From: an uncultured Elusimicrobia bacterium
GTDB lineage: Bacteria > Elusimicrobiota > Elusimicrobia > FEN-1173
NCBI GenBank assembly: GCA_964484135.1
Contig: CAZAEL010000002.1
Span: 4,700 to 68,699, forward strand
Direction of reading: 5' to 3'
Length of the DNA: 64,000 bases
In this document: positions 44,981-54,699 of the stretch, one piece after another
How positions within the stretch are numbered: the first letter of the stretch is position 1
Layout of the letters: every line of letters begins with the position of its first letter
Translations under genes and position numbers: made by a program
Notes under the pieces: model-generated
Databases searched by the model: none
Told to the model about the DNA's origin: nothing
Seen by the model: the letters and a program-made list of their open reading frames with translations, nothing else

Positions 44981-45966
44981 AGGACCTGCTGGGCCTGGAA
45001 TCCCTGTCCCGCCGCCAGATCGAGACCATCCTCGACATGGCGCGGCCCATGAAGTCCCTGTTCACCCGCTCCATCAAAAAGGTCCCGGCCCTGCGCGGCA
45101 AGACCGTGGCCCTGGTTTTCTTCGAGGCCTCCACCCGCACCCGCAGCTCCTTCGAACTGGCGGCCAAGCGCCTCTCCGCCGACACCCTCAACATCGCCAT
45201 GGCCACCAGCTCCGTCACCAAGGGCGAGTCCCTGATTGACACCGTCAAGACCCTGGAAGCCATGAAGGTGGATTTCCTGGTCCTGCGGCATTCCGCCTCC
45301 GGCTCCGCGGACCTGGTGGCCAAGGCCGTGAAAGCCCGGGTCATCAACGCCGGGGACGGCACCCACGAGCACCCCACGCAGGGCCTCCTCGACATGTTCA
45401 CCATCCTGGAAAAGAAAAAACGGATCGAAGGACTGCACGTGGTGATCCTGGGGGACATCCTCCACTCTCGGGTGGCGCGTTCCAACCTCTGGGGCCTCAC
45501 GAAATTGGGCGCCCGCGTCACCCTTTGCGGCCCGGCCACCCTCATCCCGCCGGGCCTGCGGGAAACGTTCGGGTCCAACGTGCGCGTGTCCTACCGCCTG
45601 GAGGAGGCGCTGGAGGGGGCGGACATCATCAACGTGCTCCGGCTCCAGCGGGAGCGGCAGGAGGGCCACTTCTTCCCGAGCCTGCGGGAATACACGGAGT
45701 TCTACGGCCTCAACGCCGACCGCCTGCGCCTGGCCAAGCCGGATTGCCTGGTCCTGCACCCCGGCCCCATGAACCGGGGGATCGAGATTTCCTCCGAAGT
45801 GGCGGACGGCCCCCGCTCCATGATCCTGGAGCAGGTCACCAACGGCATCGCGGTCCGCATGGCGGTGCTGTACCTCTTCTCCGGCCCCGCCGGGTTCGCG
45901 GCGGAAAGGCCGGACGCCAAGCGGGGCCGCCGGGCCGCGGAAGCCTCTTTGAAGGAGTTGTCGTGA
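44977..45966 (+). CDS. pyrB: Aspartate carbamoyltransferase catalytic subunit
   Basis: [21 protein letters not shown] motifs. Confidence 0.92.
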   Translation: MKDLLGLESLSRRQIETILDMARPMKSLFTRSIKKVPALRGKTVALVFFEASTRTRSSFELAAKRLSADTLNIAMATSSVTKGESLIDTVKTLEAMKVDFLVLRHSASGSADLVAKAVKARVINAGDGTHEHPTQGLLDMFTILEKKKRIEGLHVVILGDILHSRVARSNLWGLTKLGARVTLCGPATLIPPGLRETFGSNVRVSYRLEEALEGADIINVLRLQRERQEGHFFPSLREYTEFYGLNADRLRLAKPDCLVLHPGPMNRGIEISSEVADGPRSMILEQVTNGIAVRMAVLYLFSGPAGFAAERPDAKRGRRAAEASLKELS

Positions 45967-47291
45967 GCCTCCCCTCCAAAAAAACCGAGACCAAGAAGGC
46001 GGACGTGCTCCTCATCCGGGGCGGCCGCGTGGTGGACCCGGCCAACAACCGGGACGGGGAGATGGACGTCCTGGTGGAGGGGGAAAAGATCGCGCGCGTC
46101 GGACGCGGCGTGAACGCGCCCGCCGGGGCCCTGGTGCTGGAGGCCAAGGGGCTCATCGTGGCGCCGGGCCTGGTGGACATGCACGTGCATTTGCGGGAGC
46201 CGGGCCACGAAGACGCGGAGACCATCGAGTCCGGCACGCGGGCCGCGGCCGCGGGCGGCGTCACCAGCGTGGCGGCCATGCCCAACACCGACCCGCCCAT
46301 GGACAACGTGTCCGGCATCCGATTCGTGCTGCGCCGGGCCGCGGAGCAGGGCAGCGTCCGGGTCTGGCCCATCGGCACCGTCACCCGCGGCCGGGCCGGG
46401 GAATCCCTGTCCGAGATCGGCGCCATGGCCCGGGCGGGCTGCGTGGCCATCACGGACGACGGCGCCTGCGTCTCCAGCAGCCGGCTCCTCCGCCTGGCCC
46501 TGGAATACGCCAAGGTGTTCGACCTGCCCGTGATCGAGCACGCGGAGGACAAGTCCCTCATGGCCGACGGGGTCATGAACGAAAGCCCCCTGGCCACCCG
46601 GCTGGGGTACAAGGGCATCCCTCGGCAGGCGGAGTCCATCGCCGTGGCGCGGGACATCGCCCTGGCGGAGCTCACCGGCGCCCGGCTCCACCTGGCCCAC
46701 GTGTCCACGCGGGAATCCGTGGCCCTGGTGCGGGAGGCCAAGAAGCGCGGGACCCGGGTCACGGCCGAGGTCACGCCGCACCATTTCACCCTGACGGAGG
46801 ACGCGGTGACCCAGTACGGCGCCAACGCCAAGATGAACCCGCCGCTCCGCACCGCGGAGGACCGGGAGGCCCTCCTGGCGGGGTTGGCGGACGGGACCAT
46901 CGACGTCATCGCCACGGACCACGCGCCGCACACCCGCGCGGCCAAGGAACAGGAATTTTCCGCCGCGCCCTTCGGCGTCATCGGCCTGGAGACCCTGCTT
47001 CCGCTCGCCATCACCCAGCTGATCGAGAAGGGGTTGCTTTCCTGGCCGGAGGCGGTCAAACGCCTGTCCCTCCACCCGGCCAGAATCCTGGGGCTCCCCG
47101 TGGGGCACCTCAGCGAAGGCGCGCCCGCGGACGTGGTGCTCATCGATCCCCGCGAGGAACGGAAGCTCACCTCTTTCAGCAGCAAGAGCCAAAACTCCCC
47201 GTTCCTGGGTTGGACCCTCCGCGGGTTTCCGCAGGCGGTCCTGGTGGGCGGCAAGGTGGTCCTCCGGCGGGACGTCCTCAGGACGGTGTAA
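45963..47291 (+). CDS. pyrC: Dihydroorotase (GTG start overlapping the pyrB stop)
   Basis: [10 protein letters not shown]...DHAPH motifs; 442 aa. Confidence 0.88.
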   Translation: MSLPSKKTETKKADVLLIRGGRVVDPANNRDGEMDVLVEGEKIARVGRGVNAPAGALVLEAKGLIVAPGLVDMHVHLREPGHEDAETIESGTRAAAAGGVTSVAAMPNTDPPMDNVSGIRFVLRRAAEQGSVRVWPIGTVTRGRAGESLSEIGAMARAGCVAITDDGACVSSSRLLRLALEYAKVFDLPVIEHAEDKSLMADGVMNESPLATRLGYKGIPRQAESIAVARDIALAELTGARLHLAHVSTRESVALVREAKKRGTRVTAEVTPHHFTLTEDAVTQYGANAKMNPPLRTAEDREALLAGLADGTIDVIATDHAPHTRAAKEQEFSAAPFGVIGLETLLPLAITQLIEKGLLSWPEAVKRLSLHPARILGLPVGHLSEGAPADVVLIDPREERKLTSFSSKSQNSPFLGWTLRGFPQAVLVGGKVVLRRDVLRTV

Positions 47292-48382
47292 CCATTATCT
47301 ACCGGCGGTGGGTCCGCCCCCTTCTTTTTTCGCTGCCCCCTGAAACCGCGCACCACTGGGCCGTCAACCTCCTCAAGCTCTGTTCGCCCTTTCCCCTGTC
47401 CCTGTGCAGGCCCCTTTTCCGGGTGGAGGACCCCGCCCTGCGCGTCACTCTCGGCGACGGGCCGGATCGGTTGACGTTCCCCAACCCCGTCGGGCTCGCG
47501 GCCGGTTTCGACAAGAACGCCGAGGCCCTTCCGGGGTTTGAGGCCCTGGGCTTCGGGTTCTTGGAGGGGGGGACGCTCACGCCCCGGCCCCAGCCCGGCA
47601 ATCCCCGGCCCCGCGTCTTCCGTTTTCCGGAGCAGGAGGCCCTGGTCAACCGGATGGGCTTCAACAACGACGGGGCGGCCCGGGCCGCGGAACGGTTTTC
47701 CCGAGGACTCAAACTGGGCGTGCCCATCGGCTTCAACATCGGCAAGAACAAGGACACGCCCCTGGAGGACGCGGCCCGGGATTACCTGGCCTGCCACGGG
47801 GCCCTGTTCGACCGGGCGGACTTCTTCGTGGTGAACGTCAGCTCGCCCAACACGCCGGGGCTGCGGGCGCTCCAGTCGCCGGCCCATCTGGAGCCCCTGC
47901 TCAAGGCGCTTCGGGAACAGAACGAACGGCTGGCGCGCGAAAGGGGCGGAAAGAAACCCCTCCTCTTCGTGAAAATTTCGCCGGACGAGGAGCCGGAGGA
48001 GGCCATCGTGGAGGCGGCGGCGCGGGCGGGGCTGGCCGGCGTCGTGGCCACCAACACCACCCGCTCCCGGGAAGGCCTGCCGCCCTCGGCGCCGGCGGAG
48101 GGGGGCTTGAGCGGCCGTCCCCTGCGGTCCCGGTCCACGGAAACGGTGCGGCGGCTTTTCCGCGCGGCCAAGGGACGGCTCGCCGTCGTCGGTGTGGGCG
48201 GGATTTTCTCCGCCGAAGACGCGTACGAAAAGATCCTGGCCGGCGCCTCCCTGGTGGAGGTGTACACGGGGTTCATCTATGAGGGGCCCGGCCTGGCGCG
48301 GCGCATCAACCGGGGGCTCCTGAGCCTCCTGAAGCGGGACGGTTTCGCGTCCGTGCGGGAAGCGGTGGGCAAAGGTGTTTAG
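47210..48382 (+). CDS. pyrD: Dihydroorotate dehydrogenase, class 2 (quinone); start uncertain (only in-frame start is TTG 47210, overlapping pyrC by 82 nt; conserved N-terminus begins near 47294)
   Basis: [26 protein letters not shown] aligns with E. coli PyrD N-terminus [34 protein letters not shown] and NTPGLR motifs. Confidence 0.8.
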   Translation: [390 protein letters not shown]

Positions 48383-48535
48383 AATTCATCCGGAAACCTT
48401 ACTCGGCGGCGAAAATTCGGATTTTGTGCCGAGCCGAAGCGGGCTGAGGCGAGCATACCCTCTGCGGTATGTAAGCCGAGGACCGCAAAGGCGCAGGCCA
48501 AAAGCCGAATTTGCAGCCCGAAAGGAGGTTTTCGG

Positions 48536-49609
48536 ATGAGTTCTAGCCAATCGGCGCGGTTCGGGCGGGCATGGCGGCGGGTTTTCTTCCTGCTGGGTTC
48601 TCTTGTCGCGGCCCTCTTTCTGGTGGAGGCCTGTTGCCGGATCACCAAGGCCGATATGAAGGCCCTCTGGCCGATTCTTTACAAGGAATTGTGGTCCCGA
48701 CAGGGCGAAACGAGCTTGGCCAGGCCGTCTTCCCATCCGCGCCGTATTTATGAGCTGGTTCCCAACACGGATATCCGCCGCGGCAATTGCCTGCACCCCG
48801 ATGAGACGAAGTATGCGTCGGTCCGCTTCCGGATCAACGGCCTGGGGTTCCGGGGGGAAGAGCGGGCCGCTGAAAAGCCCCGAGGGGTTTACCGGATCGT
48901 GGTCTTCGGGGGGTCCAACACCTTTGGCACGTCGGTGAGCGACGAAGACGCCTATCCCGCCCTCCTGGAGGCCGCGCTGAACAAAAAGCGCCCGGGACGG
49001 TTCCAGGTGTGGAACGCGGGGTTGCCGGCGTACATGATGTCTCAAAACGCGGCCTATGCCAGGGAGGTCGTCTCCTTGTACGATCCCGATCTCTTGATCT
49101 TTCAGGACACCAACCGGGGACGCAGGGCGTTCCTCGGCGACGACGCCGACTTCGGTCGGCATTTTGAGGGGAACAACGAGTTGTTTCTGGAGAACCTGCC
49201 CTTCGCCCCCTTTTACGACACGCCCTTTGAATCATTGCACAAGCGGCTCGTGGGCTGGAGCGCATCGTATCGCCTGGCCGTCGCGTGCCTCAACAAACTC
49301 ACGGTTCGTTTCATCCTGCGGCACACCGGCCGCCCCATGATCCAGGAGTCTCTGTGGGCCAGATACGGCGATGACATCAGTCGGCGGGATTTGCGCGCGT
49401 TCGTCCGCGATTTCCCCCGCTTGAAAACGGTCATGTTCTACCTTGACGGTCCTGAGCCGGGATATGACTTCTTGCCGCACATTTCCCTTCGGGACGCTCT
49501 GGCGGACAAGCCCCCCGCTTTTCACGACATTCATCCGCCTTCTTACGTCTATGGGTTTTATGCCGACGTGCTTGTCGAAAAATTGACGGAAATGGGGATG
49601 CTGGGTTAA
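48536..49609 (+). CDS. Membrane-anchored SGNH/GDSL-type hydrolase family protein
   Basis: N-terminal TM helix; block-I-like motif VVFGGSNTFG; AAAGGAGG RBS; inserted between pyrD and pyrF. Confidence 0.5.
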   Translation: MSSSQSARFGRAWRRVFFLLGSLVAALFLVEACCRITKADMKALWPILYKELWSRQGETSLARPSSHPRRIYELVPNTDIRRGNCLHPDETKYASVRFRINGLGFRGEERAAEKPRGVYRIVVFGGSNTFGTSVSDEDAYPALLEAALNKKRPGRFQVWNAGLPAYMMSQNAAYAREVVSLYDPDLLIFQDTNRGRRAFLGDDADFGRHFEGNNELFLENLPFAPFYDTPFESLHKRLVGWSASYRLAVACLNKLTVRFILRHTGRPMIQESLWARYGDDISRRDLRAFVRDFPRLKTVMFYLDGPEPGYDFLPHISLRDALADKPPAFHDIHPPSYVYGFYADVLVEKLTEMGMLG

Positions 49610-49614
49610 GACGC

Positions 49615-50301
49615 ATGAACAAAAAAGGATTGATACTCGCGCTGGACGTTCCTTCTTCCCGGGCGGCCAAAAACGTGGTGGAAAGGGTCGGGAAGGCGGC
49701 GGATTTCTACAAGGTGGCGCCGTCCCTGTGCTTCCAGGACCCCGCCATCGTGAAATGGCTCAGGGCCCGTCGGAAAAAAGTGTTCCTGGACTTTAAATGG
49801 TATGATATCCCTTCCCAGGTGAAGCGGTCGGTGGAGGCGGCGGGGCGCATGGGCGTGGCCGCCTGCACCATCCACGCGGGCGCGGGCGCGTCCGTCATGA
49901 AGGCCGCCCTGTCGGCCCGCCCCAGGCCCAAGGTCTGGGCCGTGACGGTCCTGACCAGCTTCTCCGGCGCGGACCTCCGGAAGGTGGGCGTGACCGCGAC
50001 CCCGCAGGAGCAAGTCCTGCGCCTGGCCCGGCTGGCCCAGTCCTGCGGCGTGGACGGGCTGGTCTGTTCGCCCAACGAGGCGGCTTTCTTGAGGAAGAGC
50101 GGGATCCGGGTGACGCTGGTCACTCCCGGCATCCGTTTCGGGGAGATGGGCGGCGCCAGCAAGGACCAGAAGCGCACCGCCGGCCCGCTCAAGGCCTGGG
50201 AGGCGGGGGCGGATTACATCGTGGTGGGCCGCAGCGTCCTGGAGGCCAGGGACCCGGCCAAGGCCGTCCGGCGGATCCTGGCCCTGAGGGACGAAAGATA
50301 A
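49615..50301 (+). CDS. pyrF: Orotidine 5'-phosphate decarboxylase
   Basis: LILALDV, DFKWYDIP motifs. Confidence 0.9.
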   Translation: MNKKGLILALDVPSSRAAKNVVERVGKAADFYKVAPSLCFQDPAIVKWLRARRKKVFLDFKWYDIPSQVKRSVEAAGRMGVAACTIHAGAGASVMKAALSARPRPKVWAVTVLTSFSGADLRKVGVTATPQEQVLRLARLAQSCGVDGLVCSPNEAAFLRKSGIRVTLVTPGIRFGEMGGASKDQKRTAGPLKAWEAGADYIVVGRSVLEARDPAKAVRRILALRDER

Positions 50302-50302
50302 C

Positions 50303-50833
50303 ATGGGCGACCCGGCGCTGGCCAAAAAAATTTTCCAGGCCTGCAACCTGAAGGGCCGGTTCCGGCTCCGTTCCGGCAAAACCAGCGACGAGTACTTCGA
50401 CAAATACCTTTTCGAGTCCAGGCCCGAGCTGTTGGAGGCGGTGGCGGAGAGCCTGGCGCGGCTCATCCCCGCCGGGACCGAGGTCCTGGCCGGCCTGGAG
50501 ATGGGCGGGATCCCCGTGGCCGCGGCCCTGTCCTTAAAGACCCGCCTGCCCGTGATCTTCGTGCGCAAGAAGGCCAAGGAGTACGGCACTTGCAAGCTGG
50601 CCGAAGGGATCGGTTTCAAGGGCAAGCGCGTGGCCGTGGTGGAGGACGTGGTGACCACGGGCGGGGCCATCCTGGACGGCGTGGCGGCCCTGCGGGAGCA
50701 GGGCGCCATCATTGAGCACGTGTTGTGCGTCATTGACCGGGAGTCCGGCGGTCCGGAAAAACTGTCGGAGGCGGGGTTGAAGCTCGCGCCGCTCTTTACG
50801 GCGTCGGAACTGCGCGCGGCCGCGGGGAAATAG
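50303..50833 (+). CDS. pyrE: Orotate phosphoribosyltransferase
   Basis: VAVVEDVVTTGG PRPP-binding motif; 176 aa. Confidence 0.88.
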   Translation: MGDPALAKKIFQACNLKGRFRLRSGKTSDEYFDKYLFESRPELLEAVAESLARLIPAGTEVLAGLEMGGIPVAAALSLKTRLPVIFVRKKAKEYGTCKLAEGIGFKGKRVAVVEDVVTTGGAILDGVAALREQGAIIEHVLCVIDRESGGPEKLSEAGLKLAPLFTASELRAAAGK

Positions 50834-50843
50834 AGGGGGTTTC

Positions 50844-51812
50844 ATGGCGAAGATCTGGACGTACAAAAAATCGGGGGTGGACATCGACGCGGGGGACGCG
50901 CTGGTGGACCGCATCCGCCGGCGGGTGCCTTCCATCGGGGACTTCGCCGGACTTTTCCCTTTCCCGCGCAACGGGTACAAAAAACCCTACCTGGTGGGCT
51001 GCACCGACGGCGTGGGGACCAAGCTCAAGGTCGCCCAGGAATTAAACGTCCACGACACCATCGGCATCGACCTGGTGGCCATGAACGTGAACGACCTCAT
51101 TTGCTGCGGGGCCAAGCCGCTGTTCTTCCTGGATTATTTCGCCGCGGGCAAGCTGGACGTGGACGTGGCGGACCAGGTGGTGCAAGGCATCATCCGGGGC
51201 TGCCGCGAGGCCGAGTGCGCCCTGATCGGCGGGGAGACCGCGGAGATGCCGGGCATGTACAAGCCGGGCGAGTACGATCTCGCGGGCTTCGCCGTGGGCG
51301 TGGTGGACGAGTCCGAGCGCGTGGACAACCGCCGCATCAAGGCCGGCGACGTGCTCCTGGGCCTGCCTTCCTCCGGCGTCCATTCCAACGGGTACTCCCT
51401 GGTGCGGGCCCTGTTCAAGGGCCGTGATCTGAAGACGTGGGGCAAAAAGCTCCTGGCCCCCACGCGAATTTACGTCCGGCCCGTGCGCCGGGCCCTCAAG
51501 GCCTTCCCGGGCGCGATCAAGGGCATGGCCCACATCACGGGCGGCGGGCTCCTGGAAAACGTGCCCCGGTTCCTGCCCAAAAAACTGGACGCGGCGTTCT
51601 TCCGCGCCTCCTGGCCCGTGCCCGAGGTGTTCACCGAGCTCCGGCGGCGCGGCCGGGTGGAGGAGGCGGAGATGTTCCGCACCTTCAACATGGGGCTGGG
51701 GTTGGTGCTGGCCGTGTCGCGGGAAAAGGCCGACGGCCTCCAGAAGCTCCTGGCGCCCTGTTACCGCGTGGGACGCGTGGAGCCGGGCGGACAAAAGGTC
51801 CGATTCGTTTAA
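50844..51812 (+). CDS. purM: Phosphoribosylformylglycinamidine cyclo-ligase (AIR synthetase)
   Basis: YKKSGVDIDAGD...GLVGCTDGVGTKL. Confidence 0.92.
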   Translation: MAKIWTYKKSGVDIDAGDALVDRIRRRVPSIGDFAGLFPFPRNGYKKPYLVGCTDGVGTKLKVAQELNVHDTIGIDLVAMNVNDLICCGAKPLFFLDYFAAGKLDVDVADQVVQGIIRGCREAECALIGGETAEMPGMYKPGEYDLAGFAVGVVDESERVDNRRIKAGDVLLGLPSSGVHSNGYSLVRALFKGRDLKTWGKKLLAPTRIYVRPVRRALKAFPGAIKGMAHITGGGLLENVPRFLPKKLDAAFFRASWPVPEVFTELRRRGRVEEAEMFRTFNMGLGLVLAVSREKADGLQKLLAPCYRVGRVEPGGQKVRFV

Positions 51813-51902
51813 AGTGAGAAGTGAAAAGTGGGAGGTTAAGAACTTAGAAATGATCGGTTTGGTTCAACCTCCCGCCTCTCGCCTCTCCTCTCTCAGCGGT
51901 TT

Positions 51903-52502
51903 GTGAAAGCCGGCATCGGCGTCCTGGTCTCCGGCGGCGGCTCCAACTTTCAGGCCCTGGCCGAGGCCGCCCAAAGGGGAGACATCCCGGACGCCGAGGT
52001 GAGGCTGGTGGTTTCCAACAAGCCCGGCGTGGGCGCGTTGGACCGCGCCAAGAAGCTCGGCGTGGAATCATTGGTCCTGGAGCCCAAGGACTTTTCGTCA
52101 AGGGCCGCGTACTTCGAGCGCATCGGGGAAGAGTTCGCGCGCCGCGGCGTCACTTTGATCTGCCTGGCCGGCTTCCTCCTCAAGGTGGAGCCGGAGCTGA
52201 TCCGGCGCTTCCCCGGACGCATCCTGAACATCCATCCCGCGCTCCTGCCCAAGTTCGGCGGCAAAGGCATGTGGGGACACCACGTGCACGAGGCCGTCCT
52301 GGCCGCGGGCGAGAAGGAGTCCGGCTGCACCGTCCACGTGGTGGACGAAGAGTTCGACCGGGGCCCCATTCTGTTGCAGGCCCAGGTGCCGGTCCTGCCG
52401 GGCGACACGCCCGATGCCCTGGCCGCCCGGATTTTGGTGGAAGAGCACAAGCTTTATCCCCGGGCCGTGGCCCGGGTCCTGGCCGGGACGCCGCAAAAAT
52501 GA
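51903..52502 (+). CDS. purN: Phosphoribosylglycinamide formyltransferase; GTG start
   Basis: GVLVSGGGSNFQAL...ILNIHPALLP...GCTVHVVDEEFDRGPIL. Confidence 0.88.
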   Translation: MKAGIGVLVSGGGSNFQALAEAAQRGDIPDAEVRLVVSNKPGVGALDRAKKLGVESLVLEPKDFSSRAAYFERIGEEFARRGVTLICLAGFLLKVEPELIRRFPGRILNIHPALLPKFGGKGMWGHHVHEAVLAAGEKESGCTVHVVDEEFDRGPILLQAQVPVLPGDTPDALAARILVEEHKLYPRAVARVLAGTPQK

Positions 52503-52918
52503 CCAAGACCGCTTTTGGAGGATTCCGGGCGTGCTTTGTCGTCGCGTCCGCCCTGTCTTTCGCCTCCCCCGGCGCGGCCAAGCCGTCCGGACCCCAGACC
52601 CCGTCGATCCAAAACTTTTCGGGCCCGGAGGGGAACGGGGAGCCGTTGGACCGCCAACTGGCGCGGGCCGTGGAAGAGCGGCAGGACTGCAGGGCCCGGT
52701 CCCTGCTCATGGACATGGAAACCCTGGCCCGGAAGGAGAGGCTGAAAAGATCCGACGGGCTGGAGGAGGCGCTCCTGGCGGCCCAGGGCGCGGACCTCTG
52801 TTGCATGGACTGCTGCTGCGGCAGTTCGGACGTGGCGGAGGCGGCCGAGGGGGTCATGATCCTCTTGAAAATCCCGGTCCCGGAGGGGGACGTCGCGGAG
52901 CCGGAAATCCAAGAATGA
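52499..52918 (+). CDS. Small secreted protein with C-terminal cysteine cluster (LCCMDCCCGSS)
   Basis: ATG overlaps the purN stop (ATGA); signal peptide MTKTAFGGFRACFVVASALSFASPGAA; five Cys within 8 residues. Confidence 0.5.
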   Translation: MTKTAFGGFRACFVVASALSFASPGAAKPSGPQTPSIQNFSGPEGNGEPLDRQLARAVEERQDCRARSLLMDMETLARKERLKRSDGLEEALLAAQGADLCCMDCCCGSSDVAEAAEGVMILLKIPVPEGDVAEPEIQE

Positions 52919-52971
52919 AGGACGGAACGTTTATGAACGCGAGACGGATTTTTTTCTTCAGGCGGGTGACA

Positions 52972-53040
52972 GATGATCCCATCACCTGCCTCGACTGCGG
53001 AAGCAGGCGTTTGGCCTGCAGGCAGGTGATGGGATGATCC
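52972..53040 (+). repeat. Palindromic bridging element copy 3 (GATGATCCCATCACCTGCC...GGCAGGTGATGGGATGATCC) with a different inner hairpin (GCAGGC-GTTTG-GCCTGC)
   Basis: Outer arms match copies 1 and 2; the right arm supplies the purB ATG (53034). The small ORF 52933..53034 reads through the element and ends with a TGA overlapping the purB ATG. Confidence 0.65.
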
Positions 53041-54326
53041 CCCGGTACACCCGCGAGGGCATGTCGCGCATCTGGACCGACCAGGCCCGCTGGGAGGCCA
53101 TCCTGGAGGTGGAGCTGCTGACCGCCGAGGCCCTGGCCCGCCGGGGGCTGGCGGACCGGCGCGCGGTCAAGACTCTGCGCCAAAAGGCCCGCGTGGACGT
53201 GCGCCGCATCTTGCAGATCGAGCGGACCGTCAAGCACGACGTCATCGCCTTCCTGACCCAGATCGAGGAACGGGTGGGGCCGGCGGCCAAGGCCCTGCAC
53301 CAGGGCCTCACCTCTTCGGACGTTTTGGACACGGCCCTGGCGGTCCAGATCAAGCGGGCCAACGCCCTCCTGATCGCCGGCCTCAAGGAGCTGATGGCCG
53401 TGACCCGGCGGCTGGCCCTGCGGCACCAGGACACCCTCATGATGGGCCGCACCCACGGCATCCACGCCGAGCCCATCACCTTCGGCTTCAAGGTGGCCGG
53501 GTGGCACGCGGAGCTGCGCCGCAACCTGGAGCGGCTGGAGGCCGCGGGCCGCGACGCGGCCGCGGGCAAGCTGTCCGGCGCGGTGGGGACGTTCGCCCAT
53601 CTGGACCCTTCCATCGAGGCGGAGGTCTGCCGCCGATTGGGGCTGAGCCCCGAGCCCGCCTCCACCCAGGTGGTGCCCCGGGACCGGCACGCCCACTACA
53701 TGCAGGCCCTGGCCCTGGCCGGCGCCGGGCTGGAGCGCGTGGCCACGGAACTGCGCCATCTCCAGCGCACCGAAGTTTTGGAGGCGGAGGAACCGTTCAC
53801 CAAGGGGCAGAAGGGCTCCAGCGCCATGCCGCACAAGCGCAACCCCATCGCCTCGGAGAACATCTGCGGCCTGGCCCGCTTGCTGCGGGGCTACGCCTTG
53901 TCGGCCCTGGAGAACGTGGCCCTCTGGCACGAGCGGGACATCTCCCACTCCTCGGTGGAGCGGGTGGCCCTGCCGGACGCCACCCTCCTCCTGGATTTCA
54001 TGATCCACCGGCTCAAGGGGGTGCTGGCGGACCTGCGGGTCTATCCGGACCGCATGCGGGCCAACATGGAGAAGACCTCGGAGATCGTCTGCTCCCAGCG
54101 CCTCGTCATCGCGCTGACCCGGCGGGGCCTGCCCAAACAAAAGGCGTACGAGCTGGTCCAGCGCCACGCGCAGGAGGCCTGGACAACGGGCCGCAGCTTC
54201 CGGCAGATGGCCGCCGCGGACCCGGACATCCGCTCGCGCCTGTCCGGGCCGGGCCTGGCCGCCTGTTTCGACCTGAAGCCTTTCGTGCGGAACGTCCGCC
54301 GGGTGGTGCGGCGGGCCCTGGGGTGA
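53034..54326 (+). CDS. purB: Adenylosuccinate lyase
   Basis: Fumarate-lyase signature GSSAMPHKRNP; 430 aa. Confidence 0.92.
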   Translation: MIPRYTREGMSRIWTDQARWEAILEVELLTAEALARRGLADRRAVKTLRQKARVDVRRILQIERTVKHDVIAFLTQIEERVGPAAKALHQGLTSSDVLDTALAVQIKRANALLIAGLKELMAVTRRLALRHQDTLMMGRTHGIHAEPITFGFKVAGWHAELRRNLERLEAAGRDAAAGKLSGAVGTFAHLDPSIEAEVCRRLGLSPEPASTQVVPRDRHAHYMQALALAGAGLERVATELRHLQRTEVLEAEEPFTKGQKGSSAMPHKRNPIASENICGLARLLRGYALSALENVALWHERDISHSSVERVALPDATLLLDFMIHRLKGVLADLRVYPDRMRANMEKTSEIVCSQRLVIALTRRGLPKQKAYELVQRHAQEAWTTGRSFRQMAAADPDIRSRLSGPGLAACFDLKPFVRNVRRVVRRALG

Positions 54327-54679
54327 CGGCCCGCCGGCGACGGACCGTCGCGGTGACGGGCGCCGCCCGTTTGGCGGAGGGCGCCTCCCTCAAATTTTCC
54401 TACAAAGAGCGGGGCTTCCCGGCCGAAGGGTTCCTCATCCGGAAAAACGGCCGGCTTCTGGCGTACCGCAACCGCTGCCCCCACGCGGGCAGCCCTCTGG
54501 ATTTCGGCGACAACGAGTTCTTCACGGACGACGGCCGGTTCCTCCTGTGCAAGGCCCACGGCGCGCTGTTCGAGCCGGGGGACGGCGCCTGCGCCGCCGG
54601 CCCCTGCCACGGCCGGGGCCTGGAGGCCCTGCCCGTGGTCCAACGCAAGGACGGCAAGGCGGTCATCGGCCCTTTTTAG
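54323..54679 (+). CDS. Rieske [2Fe-2S] domain protein; GTG start overlapping the purB stop
   Basis: CPHAGSPL ... CKAHGALFE (CxH ... CxxH). Confidence 0.6.
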   Translation: MTARRRRTVAVTGAARLAEGASLKFSYKERGFPAEGFLIRKNGRLLAYRNRCPHAGSPLDFGDNEFFTDDGRFLLCKAHGALFEPGDGACAAGPCHGRGLEALPVVQRKDGKAVIGPF

Positions 54680-54699
54680 ACCTTTTCGGGGGGGTCCTC

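Noticed and set aside
48383-48535. Possible structured leader (GCGGGCTG ... CAGCCCG pairing, GCCGAG/AGCCGAA repeats) between pyrD and the SGNH hydrolase gene
   Set aside because: Pairings are short and I could not match a known riboswitch consensus; left unannotated.
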